Under the pieces are notes generated by a model, which made no database searches, was not told the DNA's origin, and saw only the letters and a program-made list of their open reading frames with translations. The translations under genes and the position numbers were made by a program. A stretch of 64,000 nucleotides of DNA from Schizochytrium sp. TIO01 (taxonomy: Eukaryota > Protista > Bigyra: Labyrinthulomycetes), in assembly GCA_004764695.1 (NCBI GenBank), contig SMSO01000035.1, positions 930,001 through 994,000 on the forward strand, given 5' to 3'. Position 1 is the stretch's first letter. Each line of letters opens with the position of its first letter. Shown here in pieces: positions 29,818 to 40,286 of the stretch.

Positions 29818-32703
29818 ATGGAGGACTCTGACGATCTTGCAGCACGTGTGCTAGACTTAAAGCGTCGCGCCGTAGCTTTGAAACGTGAGGGTAACCTCGC
29901 GGAGGCAAAAGAACTGCTGGCACAGGCTAGGGATCTTGAACTGGCAGACTTCGATGTGGCAGATCTCGAGGATCCGCTGCTGCTCAAGAAACTTGCGCTC
30001 TCTTATAAACGCAGGGGACTTATGAACGAGGCCAAAAATGCCCTGTCGAAAGCAAAGGCTATCGAGGCACAGCTCGCGCAAGAAGTACAGGTTGCTGCTC
30101 ACGAGCAGGCCAAGGAAGAGGCCAAGGAAGTTGCCAAGGACATTAAGGTCAGCGCTGGCAATCCCACACCCGACATCATCAAGAAAGAGATCCATCAATA
30201 CGAAGCCCAAGTTGGGAATTCAGATACTAGAAATGTACCCAAGGACAATGCACCTGCGGACACCATACAGGTTCAAAGCCCTGTGACTCCGGACTCAGGA
30301 CCACCTCCGCCGATTCCTCTTCGACCCATCTCTGGCACACCAAGTATGCCTCCGCCGACTTACACACAAGCCACTAGAGCGCCGCCGAACCCAGTCATGG
30401 GGGCTGAGCCGACACAAACTCAAAAGGAACCCGTGCAGGCCAGACCTCCCCCCTTGCCATTGAATCGACCAGTGCCATCACCAGTGCAACAAGTATCACC
30501 ATCATCACAGGGACAGCAAAATATAATTAACCAAGGAGTTCACAAATCTCTGCCTGCAATCTCTCCTCAGCCGCTCTCAGATGTAAGAAGCCCTCGCCCA
30601 GTCCCGACCAGCTCTGTGTTACCTTCTCAAGTACAACAACCGAAACAGGAACAACACAGTACCGAAGAAGATGCGAATGACGATCTTGCTGATGATGTAG
30701 CATCAGAATCGTCAGATCTGCGTCGTGAATATGAAGCCTTGCTTGGTGGTGGTGGCGGTGCTCATGACGAAGACGACGATGGTGATGCTAATGCTTCTGA
30801 CGCCGATGGAGACGAATCGGAGTTTGCTGCTGAATATCAACATTTGTTGTCTGGCGGTCATGATGATGCAGGATCTGATGTTAATGATGATATGGACAAT
30901 GGCGGCACGCATGAAGGACCTACTGAAATGACGGACGAGGAACTCCTCGATGTCGATAGCATGGCAGATCTCCTTGAAATTGGTGAGCCGCTGCCAAGTA
31001 AAGAAATATACGATGCTCGGATCTTAGCGAATAAACAACAAGCCCTTGCATTAAAACGCGCAGGCGACATTCCAGGTGCAAAAGAAGCACTCAGGCTTGC
31101 CAAACAACTTGAGGCGGCTCTTCAAAAAGTTCAAGTTCTAGCCTCACATGGACCAACAGCACTTGACGAGGAGGATGAAGACGCCATAGCTTTGAGGAAT
31201 CTTGCTAAGGGCGGAGATAGTGACGATGGAGGCGGAGCCGATAATGATGACCTTGATGCTGATAGTGACGGTGGAGGAGGAATGGAACTAAGCCAAGAAG
31301 AGCTAAATGACCCCGATATGCTGGCAGAGATGATTGCCATCGGCATGAAGGTTCCAGCACCTGAAGATTTGCGAGCAAAAGCAGTGGCCTTGAAGAGGGA
31401 GGCTCTCCAATATAAAAAGGCCGGAGATATGGAAAAGGCAAAGACAAGTCTCCGGGAGGCTAAAGGTATGGAGTCTCAAGCACAAATCATTGAACAAGCC
31501 TTGCGTAAGAGCAGTCAAGGGGATGACGGTGACCATAACGATGTTGATATCGAGGCTATTCTTGCTGGTGATGCCGATGTAGATGATGTATTGTCAGGTC
31601 TAGGAGGTTCCAAAAAGAAGCCAACAGCAAAGACATCATCTCAGGAGCAAGTGAATGCCGAAACTTTAAAGTCAGTGGTGCCCAAAAAGACTGCAGCAGA
31701 ACTTAAAGCGGATGCAATTCGCTTCAAACAAGAAAATAAATTGACCGAGGCAGCGCAAGCTTTCCGGATGTATAAAGCTGCACTAGCGGAAGAAGAAGCA
31801 GCACAAGCAAGAGCAGCTGCCGAAGAAATGGCGCGAATGGCTATCACCGAAGCTGATATGGCGGATGAACAAACAAGACTCTTTGAATATTATTCACTTT
31901 TGGGACGCCAGGCAGCTCTGGGTAAGCGCCAACACGATGCATGGCTTATCTACGCCCGCGCATGCCGTCAAGCAGCGCAAGCTTTGCGTGCATCTCCTGG
32001 ATCTATCGGAACACCAACGAGATCAGCTGAACCCAAAATGTATCGTTTGACTAATGATCTTGCATTTGTCGAAACTGATGCCGACCTCAATGACGGGGAT
32101 TTAAGTATTGCGATTGTGTGCTTGCTTCAGGTCGATCAAATTGAGGGTCTCACGAGTATCCCGGTAGGATCTACACTTGAGTTGGAATGCGTCGTTGGCC
32201 TCCCACCATCAGAAGAACAAAGTGAAGGTAGTATGACTTGTAGTTTTAAGCCACCAACCCTACCAAGCCCCAAAGATACATCTCTGTCCTTCATGCAGAT
32301 CAAAAAGCTTCCTATTCCAAGAGGTGATACCAAGTATGCGCGTATGGTCCTTCGCAGAGTGCCGCGTAAGAGGGTTGAATTTCGTGTTCTTGCTGTGCCA
32401 CCACCACCTCCAGAGGACCCCAAAGCGCATTCTTTTTTTAAATTTCGTCGTGCATCGACACCTCCCCCTCCAGAACCAGTGGTCTTAGGTAAGCTTGCGA
32501 TTGACCTAAAACCACTATTGGACTGTAACCATATTGTCGGAGACTTTCCCCTCATTGGACGAGGAAGGCGTGCATCAGGGGGCATTCTAAGATTGGCTCT
32601 GCGGTCGGGGCGGCCCTTTGCACCAGATGCGACATCGAATGTTGACTCAAGTCCAAAGGGTGGAGCAAGGCTTGAACCATATTCGCCTTTTGAACTTTCC
32701 TGA
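29818..32703 (+). CDS. CC2D1A/B (Lgd/Freud)-like protein with DM14 repeats and a C-terminal C2-like domain
   Basis: Five DM14-like helical hairpins (e.g. AVALKREGNLAEAKELLAQARDLE and ALALKRAGDIPGAKEALRLAKQLE). The C-terminal beta region VEFRVLAV..VVLGKLAIDLKPLLD..GRRASGGILRLALR resembles the CC2D1 C2 end. Confidence 0.75.
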   Translation: MEDSDDLAARVLDLKRRAVALKREGNLAEAKELLAQARDLELADFDVADLEDPLLLKKLALSYKRRGLMNEAKNALSKAKAIEAQLAQEVQVAAHEQAKEEAKEVAKDIKVSAGNPTPDIIKKEIHQYEAQVGNSDTRNVPKDNAPADTIQVQSPVTPDSGPPPPIPLRPISGTPSMPPPTYTQATRAPPNPVMGAEPTQTQKEPVQARPPPLPLNRPVPSPVQQVSPSSQGQQNIINQGVHKSLPAISPQPLSDVRSPRPVPTSSVLPSQVQQPKQEQHSTEEDANDDLADDVASESSDLRREYEALLGGGGGAHDEDDDGDANASDADGDESEFAAEYQHLLSGGHDDAGSDVNDDMDNGGTHEGPTEMTDEELLDVDSMADLLEIGEPLPSKEIYDARILANKQQALALKRAGDIPGAKEALRLAKQLEAALQKVQVLASHGPTALDEEDEDAIALRNLAKGGDSDDGGGADNDDLDADSDGGGGMELSQEELNDPDMLAEMIAIGMKVPAPEDLRAKAVALKREALQYKKAGDMEKAKTSLREAKGMESQAQIIEQALRKSSQGDDGDHNDVDIEAILAGDADVDDVLSGLGGSKKKPTAKTSSQEQVNAETLKSVVPKKTAAELKADAIRFKQENKLTEAAQAFRMYKAALAEEEAAQARAAAEEMARMAITEADMADEQTRLFEYYSLLGRQAALGKRQHDAWLIYARACRQAAQALRASPGSIGTPTRSAEPKMYRLTNDLAFVETDADLNDGDLSIAIVCLLQVDQIEGLTSIPVGSTLELECVVGLPPSEEQSEGSMTCSFKPPTLPSPKDTSLSFMQIKKLPIPRGDTKYARMVLRRVPRKRVEFRVLAVPPPPPEDPKAHSFFKFRRASTPPPPEPVVLGKLAIDLKPLLDCNHIVGDFPLIGRGRRASGGILRLALRSGRPFAPDATSNVDSSPKGGARLEPYSPFELS

Positions 32704-33175
32704 TTTATCATGTTCGAACAATTATAATTATGAAATATACAGCACACCTTTGTATGTCTTCTTTATTTTCTTCAGAGATTAAATTTTGAAATCAACGTTA
32801 GACCCGAATCAAGTATCCTCACGTCTTTAAAACATTATTAGATAAATATTGAATCACAAGTGAGGCATTCTTCTCAGTCCATCAGGGATCTTTACCAACA
32901 CGTATGGGAAACTAGTCATGATGGGTGTATAGCAGGAGAGAGAAAGTAACATAGATTGCGAGATACAATTGTAAAGCTAAACTGTGCATATCATATAACC
33001 TCCCTTACGCAAAGAGATTGGCTAAAAAGGAAATCTTGCATATACGCGAAGTATTAATGGCAATTTGAAGAAAATTTGTGCTCAAATTCAAATTAATGTC
33101 AGGTGCAAATAATGTGTATACGTAAGTCAGTAAATCCCTTGTTTCCGCACGATGTGTGCGACCAAAAAAAGCAAA

Positions 33176-35847
33176 TCAGGTCCTCTTTCTGCGGTCTTTC
33201 ACAAAGGATACAAGGGATCTTGTTGGGAGAGAATGTCTACCATGATGAGACCCGTTCGATGCTGGTGTATATTGTTGTTGTGACTGAGATGAACCAGATC
33301 CAGGCATGTGCGACCCACCACTGGAATGAGAACGTGCATGGGAGATTTGATATTGCATGGTTGGTGTAGTACTTGCCGACCTTGTTTCAACCACACCAGA
33401 GTCACTAGTTCTCCTCGAATTCGATCGAGACGGTCGCTCCGCAGACACTGAGGCGTTTCTTACATTCGACACACCTTGAGCAGTAGAAGATGAGTTGCTC
33501 ATGTTTGATCCAGAAGATGCGCGACGAACTTCACGGGATGAAATTGCGCTGGTTGCAGAGTGCATTGAGCTGCCCTGTGATACGTAGCTTGAAGTAGAGG
33601 TCGTTGTGGTGGGCTTTGGAACATGTACCACTGGACGAACAGGTGAAAATGCCGGGTCTAAGTTAACTTGCGGCTTCGGGGGTGTCTTTTTCAACAGACG
33701 TGCAGCAATCCCGCGTTGCTCGCTTTTTGCTGGTGTCTTATTGACCTGCTGCTCCAGATGGCCACGGGCTTGCTGAATAGCCAAAGCCTGTGCTTCATGA
33801 CTGGCAATAATTTGTCGGCAACGCTGAAGATCCTCAGAGCCTTCAAAATTCCGACAATTGTTGCACTTGCAGCGAGGTCCACAATGCACTTCGGAAAGAA
33901 AACACTCACAGTAGCGTTTGAGACAACCTGATTTTTTGCAGGCGCAACCCTTATTATGTTGAGGTTGTGTTCCCATTCCGCTCTGCATAGGTCCACGTAC
34001 GATCTTGGGAGCAAACGCAAGAGGGTTTCGATCAAGCACGGCTTTCACAGCATTGCTCCGTTTAGGCTCTGCGGCCTCAGTGTTTGCACAGTTTAGACAG
34101 TTACAGCCAGAACAATAGAGACGCTGACTAAAGCACTCGCAATACAGCTTCAAGCACTGGGAACGCTTGCAGTGGCAAGGTTGGTGTTGAGTGATAGACC
34201 TTTTTTGTGCTGGCTTATTGGCGGCTTCCCGGCTGTATCGAATTGCATCCTCTAAGTTTGTAATTTGTGGCCCAGCATTTTCAATATTGGATGCCTTTGG
34301 ACTTGGTCTCCTAGAAGGAATAATGATCGTGACCTCGGATGCTGGGTTATTACCAGTCTGTGTCCCAGCTTCAGAAGTACGACTCTTGCTCAAGTGGTGC
34401 ATGTGTGGCTTGGTGACAGACGAAGAAGAGAGCGACATATCCCCGTAAATATGGCCCATTGACCTTCCTATGGTCGATGAAGGCGGTGGATACGGTTGTT
34501 GGGATGCATGTGAGTCTTGTTCTTTATCATCAGAAACCAAATGCGCTTGAACATATGAAGATGTCATGGTTGGTGCATTGCGATTGCGGATCTCATTTAG
34601 CGTTGCATCTGGTGTGAACCCGAGATATGAAGGTGTAGCGACGCACGCATCTGATGTAGTCGGTGTGTGCAAGTTGAGACCAGGGGTTCGAAGAGACGAG
34701 AACGCCCGCATTGGAGTTGTCTCAATTGCCAGTGGTGTGGAGGTGCGCATTCGTTTCCGCGCTTGTAGTGGAGACGGTGCTGGAATAGGCGAGAGTGGCT
34801 TCCTACGCTTGACAAGTTCGCCTAGCGGTTTTGAAGCTGAAGTGGGTACATGCGCAGCATATTTAGAAGGTATGCGCTGCTTGGGAGAGTCGAGTTCCGC
34901 GAGTTTACCGTCGTCATCGTAATTTGACTCATGGGATGTCTGTACATTCAGCATTTCTTCATTTGAGCGCTGTTTTGGTTTAAGTAGAGAGTCCTGCCCG
35001 AAAGATGTCTGTGAGAAAGTAATGGATGACGACAACACGGACCTTTTCCCCTGCGGAGTAACAGCTGGCGAGTTAAAGAGATCTGCACCAAAATTTGGGT
35101 CCACCTGACCTACAGGCTGGTTTGGGTCCCTTCGGTTTAATATGCCATATTTGCTTGTTGTCAAGGGTGTGTCTAGAAGACCCTCATTATGATGTGATCT
35201 GATCCTGGGGGACCTCCTTATCGGTTGCGTAGGTGTCGGAGCAAGCGAACCGGGCAAGTTTGCCGACATCGGCGACATTAAAGACGCCCTTCTTGAGAAC
35301 GGAGACGCTCCCATTAAGAACCCTCCCTGCTGCTGTTGCTCCTGTCGCTCTTCATCATGGAGTTGACCTTGATGCCCCTGCTGTTGTTGCCTCTGTTGTC
35401 CCTTCGGGCACGGCGACTGTGAAACGTTGAGCAGCACGTTCGCCACAGCTGTTTCCGAAGTCGTCGCAGGCATCCCAAGAGAATCAATACATAACAATCA
35501 AAAAGTCAATTAAACGCATGCAATTCCGCCTCCTCAAGCAATGTCAGTTTCTCAGTCCTTCTTCTCTTCTCCACCACCTTCCTCTCTCGCTTTTGCTGTA
35601 GCCGCTGCTGTCTCAGCTCCATATACTCTGTATTATACACCGCCAGACCCAGTCTCTTCCTCCATATTAATCCTTAGATGCCGAGACTGAAGATGCGCAG
35701 CGGTTATTGGGACAACCCCATAGTTTTCTAGCAAGCAAACAAGAGCTCGAGGGTGCAGTGCGGGTGCCGGTTTAACTTACCTCGCTCGTCGCGCGTGGTG
35801 TCGGGCGCCTTGCCCTTTGGCGCAGGTTCTGTGCCGTCCAGGCCCAT
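33176..35847 (-). CDS. Tesmin/TSO1/LIN54-like CRC (CXC-hinge-CXC) DNA-binding protein; predicted exons 35847-35781 and 35448-33176
   Basis: Motifs CHCKRSQCLKLYCECF..CNCLNCAN, hinge RNPLAFAPKI, and HNKGCACKKSGCLKRYCECF..CKCNNCRN. An upstream ATG at 35847, a GAG|GTAAGT donor at 35780 and a phase-compatible CAG acceptor ending at 35449 give a 779-aa product. Confidence 0.85.
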
Positions 35848-36328
35848 GCCGCGCGTTTGGCTTTGGCTCGATGCAGATGTTGTTATACTGTAGTGATATA
35901 TAGGTTTAGTGCAATCCAAGTGCTCTGTGATCTAATCCGAATCTGTGAAACGGGTGCTCGATGATGTATGTCTCTCTTCTGGCGCGGAGTTGACTCTGGC
36001 GTCTATGGCGTGCGCAGCGATTAAGTCCACAGGCGCTCGAGTCCCTCGGCGCTCTGCTGCAAGCACAGAGTGGCGTCTATGGTGCGGTTCGAACCAGAGA
36101 TGGGTCCTGCGCCAGATGGGCTCTTCGCTTCGATTGGGGTCTGTGCCGCTTTAGCAAGGTGCCAGTGTCTAGCTCATGCCGGCCTCCTGCCGGTGTCGCC
36201 GCTGCTGCCAGCGGAGCGGAAGCCAAGCATGATCGCTTGCGCAGAGGGATCTCCGGCGTGGCGATGGATGCCCGCGCATCTCGAGTCTGCTGTTGGTGCC
36301 TGAACGGCTTCGATGCTGCAAACCCAAA

Positions 36329-36454
36329 TTCAAAATTCAAAATTCAAATTCAAAGTCGAATTCAAATTTCAAATTTCAAATTTCAAACTCGAGTTCGAGT
36401 TCAAATTCACCTCCACCTTTCTACTAATTAAAGCAAGCAAGTTCGCATTTCAAA
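36329..36454 (-). promoter_or_regulatory. Array of ten TTTGAA (CHR-like) hexamers upstream of the LIN54-like gene
   Basis: TTCAAA on the + strand at 36329, 36336, 36343, 36349, 36361, 36368, 36375, 36382, 36400 and 36449. The regulatory role is inferred. Confidence 0.35.
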
Positions 36455-38116
36455 TTCTTTTCAACTCTCAAAGGAATTGGCTACTTTTACCCATTTATCC
36501 TATGTACTATTATGAAGTAGACTGAGGAGGAAGGAAGAAAAGAAAAAAAAAGAAAGAAAGAAAGAAAGAAAGGAGCCTAAATATCATGCGAACCCAAGCT
36601 TGAATCAGGCTGACAATATGGGCAGAGGCCGTTTGAGGGAAAGAAGATCTGCTTCGAACAGCCGATGGACTCAGGGATATTCGAGCGAGTCTTTGATTCG
36701 TCCCTCTTTGAGGCTCCGGGTCATCAAGCGAATACAACCTTTGCCTCAATGAGTAGGTTTGGCTGATTCTCTCTCCGTGTACACACCATGCCATGTTAAT
36801 ACTTGTAAGGGCCGTTTCTCTTTTCTGCCTTTCCTTTTCTACAATTTCTTCTGTGAAAAGGGGTGAAAGAGTCCTAATAAATATTTTCTCTCTTTTCGTT
36901 TCTCCCCGCCAACTTCCCCACCTCGGCTTAGTATTAGTGTTTTGAGTAGGAGGTCATTATCCCCACTTGGGGTTCTTTTCTTCGCACTTTATCTTTAAAA
37001 ATAGATAAATAAAAATATAAGGATTTTATTTTATTTTATTGAAGATTTTAATTAAGAAGATACAAAGGGAACTTGGGACTAAAAGAAGCTGTCCCCTGGG
37101 TGTATACTGTTACCTTGGGGCTCCTCTTAGTCTACTATTAGGTGCTTGCCACCTATGATCTATCCGTTCGTGGTGTCTCCACTGGAGTTGATACCTCACA
37201 TGCTATTTCTTTAATTCCACTCGATATGACCGACCTACTCCACTGTGCATTCAATTCACATTTAAAGCACATCCTAATACTGTGGAGTACTTAATTTGGC
37301 CACAGACTTTCCCTCACACTCCACTGGAGATCTTCCTCTAGGGAATTGCAGAGATGCGTTCTTTTCGTTCTGGTTTTGTGTTCTTTTCAAGTCCCGCAAG
37401 TCCGTATATAACTACTCTATCTGTAGTAATAGTAATGAGATAGCCTCATTCCTAGTGTAAATGCTAGGAATGCCGTTGTCCTAGACGCCTTTGTAGTAGT
37501 AGTTAGCTAGATAATAACATCTACTACCAGGTTAAAAAGCTCCAAGGTGGAAAGAATAGAAGAGAGAAAGGAGAAGAAGACTTGGCAATCTTTTGAGCTC
37601 GAGTGAGAGCTCGTGCTTCGCTGCAAACCACCTAGAGCCCGCCCTCGCGGACGTACGTCGTGCCTGCGTTCGGGGAAACATACCCTCCACAGTGGGGACT
37701 GCATCCTCGCCGGTCCTCTCTTGCATCGCCAGCCAGCGGACCTGGTCATTGAGCAAGAAACCGCCGCCACGCTAGCACGGCAGGGGGAATAAAGAGAAGA
37801 TCTATAATAAGTTGGTGCGCCAGAAGTTCTTAGGGCTTGAGGACTGAGGTTGATTGTAATTGCGAAAGGCTTCGTTTTGCTTTGAGTAGGCTCTTGCCTT
37901 TGCTTAGAGCTGTTACTTTGCATTTCTAGTGAAGGTGTCACTGCACCAAATTTGGTTACACGTGGAGCTTTTGCAATTTGCAGAACTATAAAATTAGTTG
38001 CATAAGCTCGCTCCTAATTACAACTTTGAGGTTTTGTGAATTCTTTGAGGATTTGCATAGAGCATCCTATTCCGTTTCTACTTCTCGTGGATTCTAGTTG
38101 AAGTAGTTGTTACGCA

Positions 38117-39583
38117 ATGACGTTCGCACAAGGCTCTACCCGTGTTTGGGCTCTTCTGGTTAGCGCCGCATGCTTGCTTCTTTCATGCGGCCCTGTAGCC
38201 GTGGAGGGCAAGTCCGTATCGGGAAAATTTAGGCTCGAGGCTGGTGACTTCGACCATGGTCCCGAGTACGAGATCACAAAGTTCAGTTTTGCTATTGGTA
38301 AGGGATCCGTGACCGGTAAATTCACCTACGATGATCCCAAGACATGGATGACCTCACCAGCCTTGTATCTCTTTATGGACGAGGTCTGGGATAAATATCA
38401 TGAGGCCCCCGCCTGTGTAGATAAGGTTGCATTTGCTCATGCTAGCATTCCTATCGGCAAAAAGACCGCCAGTCATCAACATATTGCCTCTCACGGTCTC
38501 GGCAAGGCAACACACTCTGCTCTGAAGAAGCTTGATGATGGAAAAGTTGAGTGGGAGTTCACCTGGGAGGTTGACCATGACACCCGTACTGCTGGTTGGT
38601 TTGTGATTGCTGCTGACTGTGCACTTGAGCAATACAATGCACAAGTACCTCCGATGCAATTTGAGATTCACCTCCTTAACCCCGGCAACACTCATCTTCC
38701 TGCCGATGAGTATGGTCTTCCCAAACTTTACCTTTTTACATTTGTTGCAATGGGCATTTATCTTGCCTATCTGTTGAAGATGCTCAAAGAGCATTACGAA
38801 GAAACTCATAAGATTCACCTTGTGGTGCAGCTACTTCTTACTGCCTACATTTGCCAGGGGGTGTCCCTGGGCTTTGAGCTGTCGCACTTGGAGGTATACA
38901 AGCACAATGGCTACGGTGTACACATCTTCGACTTGGCGTCTGAGATTTTTGAAGGCCTTTCTCAAACAGTTATTTCATTTGTGCTCATCTGTCTCGCAAG
39001 TGGTTGGACGCTTATTGAGACTAGCGCTGATGATTCTCGAGCTAACAGCGTTGCGACGATCCTCCGGAACCCTGGTAACATGCTCAAGGGACCCAATGTA
39101 GTTGTTCTTGTGGTTATTGCGCTCGTGGTTTCTTCCATGCTGCTTCAAATTGCCAACAAGGGATACGATGATGATTTCCAAAAGTTCCACAATCACGAAT
39201 CTACACCTGGCCGTATCCTTGTTGGTATTCGATTCCTATTAGGTGTTGCTTTCATTGTGAGCCTCTTCCTTACTATTCGCTCCCAGGAGAAGCGTGGTGG
39301 TGAGCGCTTGGTCATGTTTTTGCGTCGCCTCATGGTTATGGGCGGACTCTGGTTCTTGAGTTTCCCTTTGATTGTGGGTTGTGCCGGATTCTTGACACAC
39401 TACAATCGCCATGCTTTTGTCACCGCAGGCACTTTGCTTTTGCAGACAGCATCATTGGGGACTCTTGGTCACCAATTCATGTCACACCACAGCACATACT
39501 TTAGAATTTCCACTTTGGCTGACGCAGGGGCTCTGCCTGGGGCTGGCGGCCTTGTCCGGGCTCCGAAAATGAGCCGCGATTAA
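38117..39583 (+). CDS. GPR180/TMEM145-like seven-TM protein
   Basis: Signal peptide, a luminal domain (ITKFSFAIGKG..WFVIAADC..HLPADEYGL) and about seven hydrophobic helices with family-like motifs HLEVYKHNGYG, LASGWTL, FHNHESTPG and LWFLSFP. Confidence 0.75.
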   Translation: MTFAQGSTRVWALLVSAACLLLSCGPVAVEGKSVSGKFRLEAGDFDHGPEYEITKFSFAIGKGSVTGKFTYDDPKTWMTSPALYLFMDEVWDKYHEAPACVDKVAFAHASIPIGKKTASHQHIASHGLGKATHSALKKLDDGKVEWEFTWEVDHDTRTAGWFVIAADCALEQYNAQVPPMQFEIHLLNPGNTHLPADEYGLPKLYLFTFVAMGIYLAYLLKMLKEHYEETHKIHLVVQLLLTAYICQGVSLGFELSHLEVYKHNGYGVHIFDLASEIFEGLSQTVISFVLICLASGWTLIETSADDSRANSVATILRNPGNMLKGPNVVVLVVIALVVSSMLLQIANKGYDDDFQKFHNHESTPGRILVGIRFLLGVAFIVSLFLTIRSQEKRGGERLVMFLRRLMVMGGLWFLSFPLIVGCAGFLTHYNRHAFVTAGTLLLQTASLGTLGHQFMSHHSTYFRISTLADAGALPGAGGLVRAPKMSRD

Positions 39584-40286
39584 GCAAATAGTGACAATCG
39601 TGTGTGGTGGTCTGAACAGATGCGCGCATGATCGTTTGATCTACTTGCCCCGTCGGGTGGCTGGCAGGTGTGTATAATGAAAAGTAGCATCATCTGAATT
39701 CCCTGTATTTAGAAAGAGGGGACTTCAAATCTGTATGTCTGGAGCAGTAGTTTCCCTGTCGCAAGAATCAAATGAGTAGCCTCCTAGCACTATCTCTACA
39801 TCAAATAAAGCCATCAATAGAATTTGCAACAATACAATGGAAAGTGCCAGCAATTCACTATTCTAACATTAAACTGTAACCACATGAGTGCTCGCTAAAT
39901 ACTGTTTCTTGGCATCTATTCCTTAGTTCTTTGTAGATGGTAGCCTTTCCATACACCAAGGTAAACGTACAATCATTTGCCCTTGTGTTATGCTTGAAGC
40001 TGAGAGCATTAGCCGGACCTGGGTTTATTGTTGGCGACCAAAGAAGGTGCGAAGGCAAGTGATACGAGTTACCATTCCTTTCCTTAGCAAAGGAACCACA
40101 ATTCTGGGCAATTTGTTTAGACATACTCATGAAAATGATTTAGAGATATGAATGTTTAGCTTGGTTCATTTTGTGCTGTACTTTATTGAGCAGATTCATC
40201 AGTCCAAAGATACAAAAATTTAATACAAAATAGTGCTAATCATTGTAAAGCATAAAGTAATATGGTAATTGAAGGATGAGCCTTTC

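Noticed and set aside
35816-35823. TTTGGCGC E2F consensus site
   Set aside because: Lies inside the predicted first coding exon of the LIN54-like gene, so it is probably incidental.
37448-37471. Short hairpin ATTCCTAG..CTAGGAAT
   Set aside because: An 8-bp stem is expected by chance, and there is no supporting element context.
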